Below, one piece after another: positions 56,900 to 64,000 of a DNA stretch of 64,000 bases (its first letter is position 1; the number at the start of each line of letters is the position of its first letter). The notes under the pieces are model-generated. The model made no database searches. It had not been told where the DNA came from and saw nothing but the letters and a program-made list of their open reading frames with translations. Position numbers and translations under genes: made by a program. Source of the DNA: an uncultured Gammaproteobacteria bacterium (lineage in GTDB: Bacteria; Pseudomonadota; Gammaproteobacteria; Steroidobacterales; Rariloculaceae); contig CAWAJM010000001.1 of the NCBI GenBank assembly GCA_963782445.1, positions 2,485,285 through 2,549,284 of the forward strand. Reading direction: 5' to 3'.

Positions 56900-57664
56900 T
56901 CAGCCGCCGACGATGCCGATGCTGAGCCGGAGCCAATCGCCCGGCCGCTCGTCGGCGTGCATGTGATGGCGACGACCCGCGTACTCATAGGTCACGTCGT
57001 AACCGCGGAGGCGGTTCTCGACGTGCCGGGGCCCGACCACATGGCACCGCCTGACCGTCTCCTCGTGCACGGTCTCGGGGTGCTCGGCCTCGTGCCGCAG
57101 CGCCCGGTCGTGGGCAACGGCCGAGCCCGCGAGAGCACCGAGGACCGTCATGGCGTCGCGCCCGCTGCCCGCACCGAACTGACGGCCGATCGCGGCGCCG
57201 ACGATGCCACCCGCGAGCGTCGGTCCCGCGACCCCGTAAGGCAAGCCGCCCGCGGCGACCTGTACGGTCTCGTTGTGGCATTCCCGCTCGGGCTCGCCCA
57301 CGAAGACACGCTCGAAGATGGGCCGGACGGCGACGACGCGCGCCTCCACGAATGCAGCCCGACGGCCATGATCGTAGCGGTCGTGCCAACCGTAGCGGTC
57401 GTCACGATCGCGGCGGTGCCCAGGGCCGCGATGGTCCCAATCGCGCCGGTCGTCCCAATCGCGCCGGTCGTCCCGATCGCGCCGGTCGTCCCGATCGTGG
57501 CGGCCGTCCCGATCGTGGCGGCCGTCCCGATCGTGGCGGCCGTCCCGATCGAACCGCCCGTGACGATCGTGGCCGTGCGCGTAACCGCCCCCGTCGTGAG
57601 CGAACGCGCCCGTCGATGCGAGGAGCCCCAGGGCGACCAAAGCGGTCATCGACTTGTTGAGCAT
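56900..57664 (-). CDS. Glycine-zipper 2TM (YcfJ-like) exported protein with His/Asp/Arg repeats
   Basis: RBS AAGGAGG; signal peptide; 'GGIVGAAIGRQFGAGSGRDAMT', 'GYDVTYEYAG'. Confidence 0.85.
   Translation of the reverse strand: MLNKSMTALVALGLLASTGAFAHDGGGYAHGHDRHGRFDRDGRHDRDGRHDRDGRHDRDDRRDRDDRRDWDDRRDWDHRGPGHRRDRDDRYGWHDRYDHGRRAAFVEARVVAVRPIFERVFVGEPERECHNETVQVAAGGLPYGVAGPTLAGGIVGAAIGRQFGAGSGRDAMTVLGALAGSAVAHDRALRHEAEHPETVHEETVRRCHVVGPRHVENRLRGYDVTYEYAGRRHHMHADERPGDWLRLSIGIVGG
57434..57551. repeat. In-frame 18-bp tandem repeat (about 6.5 units)
   Basis: GTCCCAATCGCGCCGGTC x2, GTCCCGATCGCGCCGGTC, GTCCCGATCGTGGCGGCC x3, then a partial unit. Confidence 0.9.
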
Positions 57665-57713
57665 TGCCGGTTCCTCCTTCTACTCACCGGGGTCCTTGCG
57701 GACCTCGGGGCGA

Positions 57714-57747
57714 AAGATAGGCCGGCAGCGCTGAATCGAAGCTGAAT
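57714..57747 (-). promoter_or_regulatory. PhoP/OmpR-type direct-repeat box with downstream -10 element
   Basis: Minus strand ATTCAGC-N4-ATTCAGC (11-bp period, 57730-57747), then TATCTT (57714-57719), upstream of the ycfJ-like/PepSY/phoP/phoQ cluster. Confidence 0.6.
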
Positions 57748-57769
57748 GCGTGGACGACCGAGTGCGCGC

Positions 57770-58579
57770 CTACCCTGCCTTCTCGCCGGCTTCCTTGGCC
57801 TCCGTCCAGTAGGCCTCGAGCTCGGCCAGCGAATGGGATTCCCAACCGCGTCCAGAGCCGCGGACCCGCTCCTCGACGTGGCCGAAGCGCTGCTCGAACC
57901 GCCGGCAGGCTCCGCGCGCGGCCTGCTCGGGATCGACGTTGAGATGCCGGCAGACGTTCGCGACCGCGAACAGCACGTCGCCGACCTCGTGCTCGAGATG
58001 CTCGCGATCGGCCTGTGCCGCTGCCTCGTCGAGCTCGGCCAGCTCTTCCTCGAGCTTTGCCCTCGCGCCCGCGAGCTCGGGCCAGTCGAAACCCGCGCGC
58101 GCCGCGCGCCGCCCGAGCTTGACGGCGCGCGTCAGCGCAGGCAGCGCGGCCGGCACGCCTTCGAGCGCGCGGGGCTCACGGCCAGCCGCGGCTTTTTCCG
58201 CGTGTTTCACGGCCTCCCAGGCCTCGGTCTGGGCGGCCGCATCGGGGACGACCGCGTCGGCGAAGACATGCGGATGGCGCCGAATCATCTTCTCGCAGAT
58301 GTGGCGCGTCACGGCGGCGAAATCGAAAGCGCCCTGCTCCTCGGCGAGCCGCGCATGGAACACGACCTGGAACAGCAGATCGCCGAGCTCGCCGGCCAGC
58401 TCCGCCAAATCGCCCCGCTCGATGGCCTCGGCGACCTCGTAGGCCTCCTCGATCGTGTAGGGGGCGATCGTCGCGAAGCTCTGCTCGAGGTCCCAGGGGC
58501 AGCCACGGCGCGGGTCCCGCAGCGTAGCCATGATCTCAAGTAATTTCTTTATATCGCCTGTATCATTCTGATTCGCCAT
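57770..58579 (-). CDS. mazG: Nucleoside triphosphate pyrophosphohydrolase MazG
   Basis: 'LRDP..GCPWD', 'EEAYEV', 'ELGDLLFQVVFH', 'RRHPHVF', 'EVGDVLF'. Confidence 0.95.
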   Translation of the reverse strand: MANQNDTGDIKKLLEIMATLRDPRRGCPWDLEQSFATIAPYTIEEAYEVAEAIERGDLAELAGELGDLLFQVVFHARLAEEQGAFDFAAVTRHICEKMIRRHPHVFADAVVPDAAAQTEAWEAVKHAEKAAAGREPRALEGVPAALPALTRAVKLGRRAARAGFDWPELAGARAKLEEELAELDEAAAQADREHLEHEVGDVLFAVANVCRHLNVDPEQAARGACRRFEQRFGHVEERVRGSGRGWESHSLAELEAYWTEAKEAGEKAG

Positions 58580-59255
58580 CGAGAATAAGCCCTCTAAACG
58601 TCATGAGCATGGCCGCCGTAGCGCCCCAGATCCGGTGACCCTCGAACGCGAGCTCGTAGGTTCTGAAGCGCGTGCCGAGCCGTTCGCGATAGCCGATGCG
58701 AAACGCGTCCGCGGTGAGTAGCAACTCGAGCGGCACCTCGAAGACGGCCGCCACCTCGCCGGGATCCGGGCGCGGCCGGAAGCGGCCGGCGACGAAACCG
58801 ACGACGGGCGTGACGCGAAAGCCGGTGCCCGTCAGATAGGTACCAAGATTGCCCGCGACCTCGACATCGGCGGAAGCGAGCCCGACCTCCTCCCAGGCTT
58901 CCCTGAGCGCGGCGGCGACGGGCGCCTCGTCCGGCCCCGCAAGGCGGCCGCCCGGCAGGCTGACCTGCCCCGCATGGTGGCGCAAATGGCCGGCGCGCTC
59001 GGTCAGGAGCACCGTCCAGCCCGCGGTCCGATCCACGAGCCCGAGCAGCACCGCCGCATCGCGCGCGGGCTGCTCGAGCTGCGAACGCAGCTCGGCGGAA
59101 ATGGGCCCTTCGGCCTGAGCCAGCATGCGCTCGAGCGGGGTCGCGGCCGCGGGAACGCGCTTCAACGCGCGCAGGACGCGCGCGCGCAGCCCGGCGCCGG
59201 CGGCGGCCGGCGCCCGCCGCGTTCGGCCGGCCGGCTCCGAATCAGCCTTTGACAC
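58563..59255 (-). CDS. nudL: CoA pyrophosphatase (Nudix)
   Basis: 'AAVL', 'LLT.RA.HLRHHAGQVSLPGG', Nudix box 'ALREAWEEVGL', 'IWGATA'. Confidence 0.9.
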   Translation of the reverse strand: MSKADSEPAGRTRRAPAAAGAGLRARVLRALKRVPAAATPLERMLAQAEGPISAELRSQLEQPARDAAVLLGLVDRTAGWTVLLTERAGHLRHHAGQVSLPGGRLAGPDEAPVAAALREAWEEVGLASADVEVAGNLGTYLTGTGFRVTPVVGFVAGRFRPRPDPGEVAAVFEVPLELLLTADAFRIGYRERLGTRFRTYELAFEGHRIWGATAAMLMTFRGLILDGESE

Positions 59256-60624
59256 CGCCCTTCGTAAGCTCTGCCGGATCGAGCAGCTTCTCGAGCTCGG
59301 CCCGCGCCAGATCCGTCTGCTCGGCCGCGACGTTGAGGATGGGCCGACCCTCCTTGTAGGCCTGCTTCGCGACGGCCGCGCCCTTCTCGTAGCCGATCAC
59401 GGGATTCAGCGCGGTCACGAGAATCGGGTTGCGGTCGAGCGCCTCGCCGAGGCGCTCGCGGTTGACCGCGAAGCCTTCGATGGCACGGTCGGCCAGCGCG
59501 CGCGCGGCGTTCGCGAGGAGTTCGATGCTCTGCAGCAGGTTGTGGGCGATCACGGGGAGCATGACGTTGAGCTGGAAATTGCCGGACTGGCCGGCGACCG
59601 CGATCGTCGCATCGTTACCGATGACCTGGGCCGCGACCATGGCCGTCGCCTCCGGAATGACCGGGTTGACCTTGCCGGGCATGATGCTGCTGCCGGGCTG
59701 CAGCGCCGGCAGCGCGATTTCGCCGAGGCCCGCGAGCGGACCGCTGTTCATCCACCTGAGATCGTTCGCGATCTTCATGAGGCTCACGGCCGTCGTCTTG
59801 AGCTGACCGGACAGCTCGACGGCCGTGTCCTGCGAGCTCAGCGCCTCGAAGTAGCTATCGGCGGGCCGGAACGAAATGCCCGTGCGCTGCGCGAGTGCCA
59901 CCGCGAAGCGCACGCCGAACTCGGGATGGGCGTTGATCCCCGTGCCGACGGCCGTGCCGCCCTGCGCAATTCCCGACAACCGCGCGAGCACGCCGGCGAC
60001 GCGCTGGTAGTCGTTGCGGATTTGCGCGGCCCAGCCGCCGAGCTCCTGATCGAAACGCACGGGCATGGCGTCCATGAGATGCGTGCGGCCCGTCTTGACG
60101 ACGGCCGCGAGGCTCCGGGCCTTGCCTTCGATGACGTTGGCGAGATGGTTCAGTGCCGGCAGCAGCTGCTCCGTGACGCCGAGCGCGGCGCTGACGTGAA
60201 TGGCCGTAGGGACGACGTCGTTGCTGCTCTGGCCCATGTTGACGTGATCGTTCGGATGCACGGGCTGGCCGAGGGCCTGGGAGGCGAGCCGCGCGATGAC
60301 CTCGTTCGCGTTCATGTTCGAGCTCGTGCCCGAGCCAGTCTGAAAGACGTTGACCGGGAACTCGGCGTCGTGGCGGCCGGCCGCGACCTCGAGGGCGGCC
60401 TTCTGCACGGCCTCGGCGGTCTCGGCCGGCAACAGACCGAGGTCGCGGTTCGCCTCCGCCGCGGCCCACTTGATGAGACCGAGCGCGTGCACGAAGCGCG
60501 GCGGCATCGGTAAGCCGCTGATGGGAAAATTCTGGACGGCCCGCTGCGTCTGCGCGCCCCACAACGCATCGGCCGGCACTTCCAGCTCGCCCATGCTGTC
60601 CCGCTCGATCCTGAACTCTGCCAT
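59242..60624 (-). CDS. fumC: Class II fumarate hydratase
   Basis: 'RIERDSMG', 'QTGSGTSSNMNANEV', 'GRTHLMDA', 'GSSIMPGKVNP'. Confidence 0.95.
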   Translation of the reverse strand: MAEFRIERDSMGELEVPADALWGAQTQRAVQNFPISGLPMPPRFVHALGLIKWAAAEANRDLGLLPAETAEAVQKAALEVAAGRHDAEFPVNVFQTGSGTSSNMNANEVIARLASQALGQPVHPNDHVNMGQSSNDVVPTAIHVSAALGVTEQLLPALNHLANVIEGKARSLAAVVKTGRTHLMDAMPVRFDQELGGWAAQIRNDYQRVAGVLARLSGIAQGGTAVGTGINAHPEFGVRFAVALAQRTGISFRPADSYFEALSSQDTAVELSGQLKTTAVSLMKIANDLRWMNSGPLAGLGEIALPALQPGSSIMPGKVNPVIPEATAMVAAQVIGNDATIAVAGQSGNFQLNVMLPVIAHNLLQSIELLANAARALADRAIEGFAVNRERLGEALDRNPILVTALNPVIGYEKGAAVAKQAYKEGRPILNVAAEQTDLARAELEKLLDPAELTKGGVKG

Positions 60625-60758
60625 GCCTGATCCTCGAAAAAAGAGTGCTCCGAGCCGCGCGAGAGCGGCCGCCCGAATCGCATGTTTTCTGGTCGGAGAT
60701 CCCCGACTAACCGTGTATCATGCGCACTCCGTCAATCGTTGTATAGGGCAAGTCCGAA

Positions 60759-62130
60759 GTGGAGCTGAGTACGCTGACCGCGCTGTCGCCGCTCGACGGT
60801 CGCTACGCTCAGAAGGCCGCGCCGCTGCGCGAATACCTGTCCGAGTATGCCTTGATCCGTTATCGGGTCCTCATCGAGGTACGCTGGCTGCAGCTGCTCG
60901 CCGACGAGCCGACGCTCGCCGAGATCCAGCCCTTTCCGGCCCCGGTCAAGGACGTTCCTGAATCGGGTCGTCGACGAGTTCGGCACGGACGACGCGCAGC
61001 GCGTCAAGGCACTCGAGCAGCAGACGAATCACGACGTCAAGGCCGTCGAATATTTCCTGCGCCACAAGCTCGAGGGCGTAGCGAGCGCGAGCGGCAATCT
61101 GATTCCGTTCCTCCATTTCGCGAGCACGTCCGAGGACATCAACAATCTCTCGTACGCGCTCATGCTGCGCGATGCGCGTCGCTGGGTGCTGCAGCCGCTC
61201 ATGAAGTCGCTGACGACCGAGCTGCGCGTCCACGCGCACCGCTACGCCGAGCTGCCCATGCTGGCTCGCACGCACGGGCAGGCCGCGACGCCGACGACGC
61301 TCGGCAAAGAGCTCGCGAACTTCGTGTACCGCATGGACCGGCAGATCGAGCTGTTCGCCCAGGTCGACGTATACGGTAAGTTCAATGGGGCCGTCGGCAA
61401 CTTCAATGCGCATTTCGTCGCCTACCCGGAAGCGGACTGGCGCGGCATCTCCGAGCGCTTCGTGCGCTCGCTTGGGCTCGAGCCCGCCTTATACACGACG
61501 CAGATCGAGCCGCACGATTGGATCGCCGAGTACTGCCAGGCACTGATTCGCTTCAATACGGTCGTCGTCGATCTGTGTCGGGACCTGTGGGGCTACGTGA
61601 GCCTCGGCTACTTCCGGCCCCGGCCCGTCGTCGGCGAGGTCGGCTCCTCGACGATGCCGCACAAGGTCAATCCGATCGAGTTCGAGAACGCCGAGGGTAA
61701 TCTCGGCGTAGGCAACGCCCTGCTCGAATTCCTCGCGGGCAAGCTCCCGCTTTCGCGCTGGCAGCGCGACCTCACGGACTCGACGGTGCTGCGCAACCTG
61801 GCCGTCGGCATCGGCCACGGCCTCATTGCCTGGGAGTCGGCGCAGCGCGGCCTTGCCAAGCTCGACGCGGATGCGGAGCGCATCGCGGCCGATTTGGACG
61901 CCTGCTGGGAAGTGCTCGCCGAGGCCGTGCAGACCGTCATGCGCCGCTACGGCATCCCCGACGCATACGAGCAGCTCAAGTCGCTGACGCGGGGTCGGCG
62001 TATCACCGAAAGCGCGCTGCGCGAGTTCATCGGGTCGCTGAGCCTGCCCGAGGCCGAGCGCGCGCGACTGCTCGCGATGCGCCCGGCCGACTACGTGGGG
62101 CTCGCGGCTGCATTGGCGCGGGAGGTTTGA
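60759..62130 (+). CDS. purB: Adenylosuccinate lyase (+1 frameshift near 60955, probably a sequencing artefact)
   Basis: 'LSPLDGRY', 'TNHDVKAVEY', 'TSEDINN', 'RTHGQ', 'GSSTMPHKVNPI', 'SRWQRDLTDS'. Confidence 0.95.
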
Positions 62131-62145
62131 TAAGCGGTGATAAGC

Positions 62146-62225
62146 GGGGTCAGAGCCCTTTTTCGCCCCCCGGAAGCCGCGATGGTCCGCCGCGGCGCGG
62201 TGGGGCGAAAAAGGGCTCTGACCCC
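62146..62225. repeat. REP-like inverted doublet with 32-nt spacer
   Basis: 24-bp arms GGGGTCAGAGCCCTTTTTCGCCCC / GGGGCGAAAAAGGGCTCTGACCCC downstream of purB. Confidence 0.85.
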
Positions 62226-62433
62226 TGCCGTCTCCTAACGCTGGTTTTCCAGACAAAACGTAGATTTGCGGCATTCCCTGAACGGAAAACGTGACGTGCG
62301 GCACACGCCCCTGAGAACCTGTTAACTAAACTCAACGTCACGATCTGGGCCGCACGTGCCGAGCGCAACGCTCCGACGCGACAACAAGGTGCGGGACACC
62401 GACAAGGGGCAGACCCAAAGTCAGCAGGGCGAC

Positions 62434-62943
62434 ATGGCACACGTTATCGAACAATCGAAGCGCCGGAGCGTCCGGCAAGTGCTCTCCACCCGAGAGGAGG
62501 TCCGCGCCGCCGTTGCGGAAGTCACTCGTTTGGCCGACCGCTCGCTCGCGATCCTGACGCAGAACCTCGAGCCCGAGATCTACGATCACGACGACTTTCT
62601 CGAGACGCTGAAGCGTTTCGTCCTGGCCCGTCCGTTCGCTCGCGTCCGCGTGCTGATCGCCGATCCGATTCGGGCGATGAAGGACGGCAATCGCTTCGTC
62701 TCCATGGGCCGACGGCTCAACAGCTACATCGAGTTCCGCAACGTCAAGCCCCAGTACCGCAACCACCCGGAGGCCTTCTGCATTGCGGACGAGCACGCGC
62801 TCGTCTACCGCGCGCGCGCCGAGACCTGGGAGGGCATGTCGGACACTTACCAGCCGCTCGTCGCGCGCCGCTATCTCGACATGTTCGACGAGCTTTGGCT
62901 CGCCTGCGAGGTCGAGCCCGAGCTGCGCCAGCTTCATTTATAA
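62434..62943 (+). CDS. Conserved hypothetical protein
   Basis: 'RSLAILTQNLEPEIYD', 'VRVLIADP', 'FDELW'; host-like codon usage. Confidence 0.7.
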   Translation: MAHVIEQSKRRSVRQVLSTREEVRAAVAEVTRLADRSLAILTQNLEPEIYDHDDFLETLKRFVLARPFARVRVLIADPIRAMKDGNRFVSMGRRLNSYIEFRNVKPQYRNHPEAFCIADEHALVYRARAETWEGMSDTYQPLVARRYLDMFDELWLACEVEPELRQLHL

Positions 62944-62979
62944 TCGGTCGGCCGGAAGCCAACGGAGCCAGAGAGGCCG

Positions 62980-63456
62980 ATGCAGCGCAACATCGACGTG
63001 ACGGTCGCGGCCGTCATCGAACGCGGTCAGCGCTTCCTCATGGTCGAGGAATGGGCCTGCGGGGCCCTCGTCTTCAATCAGCCGGCAGGCCACCTGGAGC
63101 CCGGCGAGTCCCTCCTCGAAGCCGTCGTCAGGGAAACACGCGAGGAAACGGGCCACGACTTCCAGCCCTTGCACTTGCTCGGCGTCTATCTCTGGCGCAA
63201 CCCCGAAACGGCCGCGAGCATTCTGCGCGTGACGTTCGCAGGCAGCGCAAGCCCGCCCGCCGCGCCGCCCATGCTCGACGACGGGATCGTGGCCGCGCAC
63301 TGGCTCACGCGAAATCAGCTGCTCTCGCGTGCCGATCAGCTGCGCAGCCCCATGGTCCTGCAGTGCATCGACGACTACCGCGCCGGCGTGCGCTATCCGC
63401 TCGACTGCCTCAAGTACCTCTACGCGGGCGTCGAAGGCTGCGTCCGCCGCGCGTAG
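62980..63456 (+). CDS. nudJ: Nudix hydrolase NudJ
   Basis: 'VTVAAVI', 'FLMVEE', 'NQPAGHLEPGES', 'RETREETG', 'RSPMV..CIDDY..G.RYPL'; upstream of mnmA. Confidence 0.9.
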   Translation: MQRNIDVTVAAVIERGQRFLMVEEWACGALVFNQPAGHLEPGESLLEAVVRETREETGHDFQPLHLLGVYLWRNPETAASILRVTFAGSASPPAAPPMLDDGIVAAHWLTRNQLLSRADQLRSPMVLQCIDDYRAGVRYPLDCLKYLYAGVEGCVRRA

Positions 63457-63508
63457 CGGCGGCTGCGGGCGGAGATCTCGGCTTAGGGCTCCGTGACCTC
63501 GGTGGCCC

Positions 63509-63628
63509 GGCGGAGGTCTCGGCGTAAGGGCGGTGTCGGGACCGCTGTGAATACGTCCGTGTACGCTTCGTAAGCGCCATCCCTGGCGCTTACGATCCCG
63601 ACACCGCCCTTACGCCGAGACCTCCGCC
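63509..63628. mobile_element. MITE/REPIN-like nested palindromic element (120 bp)
   Basis: Perfect 33-bp inverted arms (63509-63541 / 63596-63628) enclosing a perfect 12-bp hairpin (63568-63595). Confidence 0.65.
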
Positions 63629-63835
63629 TGGAGACGTGAGTGGCCATCGAGAGCTCCGCAGGCGCACGGCTTGGCGTCTTCGCGTCGGCACTCCACGAGC
63701 GTGCGCAATCGCGTCGTCACACAACCGTTCTCTCCGCGCGGATTTCGCATGATCCATGGATGGCAACCGATGTCTCAGAGGAGGCTCGTGCATACGGGCG
63801 CCCCGCGCCGAGAAGATTGTCCGTAAAATAGGGGC

Positions 63836-64000
63836 ATGTCCGGCGAGCGCGTCATCGTGGCCCTATCCGGCGGCGTCGATTCCGCCGTCGCGGCCCTGCT
63901 CCTTCGGAACGCGGGCTACGCCGTCGAGTGCCTGCACATGACGAACTGGGAGGACGACGGCTACTGCGACGCAGCCGCCGAGTTCCAGGATGCCCGCCGC
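63836..64000 (+). CDS. mnmA: tRNA 2-thiouridylase MnmA (5' part, runs off the window)
   Basis: [23 protein letters not shown]...[11 protein letters not shown]. Confidence 0.93.
   Translation, partial: MSGERVIVALSGGVDSAVAALLLRNAGYAVECLHMTNWEDDGYCDAAAEFQDARR

Noticed and set aside
57434..57551. Tandem repeat as a CRISPR array
   Set aside because: Units are contiguous 18-mers with no spacers and lie in frame within a CDS.
60759..62130. purB and the other split genes as true pseudogenes or programmed frameshifts
   Set aside because: Both halves are otherwise intact, there are no slippery runs, and the breaks share a motif. A sequencing artefact is more parsimonious.
44789..64000. Proximity of icd, phoQ/phoP, purB, nudJ and mnmA as a novel cluster
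   Set aside because: These genes are neighbours in many gammaproteobacteria; this is a rearranged ancestral region.

Overview
This is a high-GC chromosomal window from a gammaproteobacterium; minCDE, uvrC-pgsA, icd, hrpA, mazG, fumC, purB, nudJ and mnmA are recognisable. About 1-41 kb is accessory and periplasm-oriented: several PQQ-type beta-propeller enzymes, a diheme cytochrome c, oxidoreductases, transporters, secreted NTF2-like proteins and a TonB-dependent receptor. About 42-64 kb is core housekeeping. I found no rRNA, tRNA, CRISPR array, transposase or integrase. Six observations stand out. (1) A solitary, divergent Cas6f/Csy4-like gene (3411-3986) has no array or other cas genes and sits beside a truncated gene remnant. 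(2) An orphan double-glycine-leader microcin/bacteriocin-like precursor (36820-37035) is followed by a perfect hairpin and a small membrane protein that may provide immunity. (3) Five genes carry +1 frameshifts, four of them at GAACGTC/GACGTTC, i.e. GACGTC with one base doubled; this suggests methylation-linked long-read errors rather than pseudogenes. (4) A PQQ alcohol dehydrogenase has the extra Asp typical of lanthanide-dependent enzymes. (5) A PhoPQ-like operon has an upstream direct-repeat box and a His/Asp/Arg tandem-repeat protein. (6) REP-like and MITE-like palindromes occur in intergenic regions. All family assignments are by-eye motif recognition; no database searches were run.
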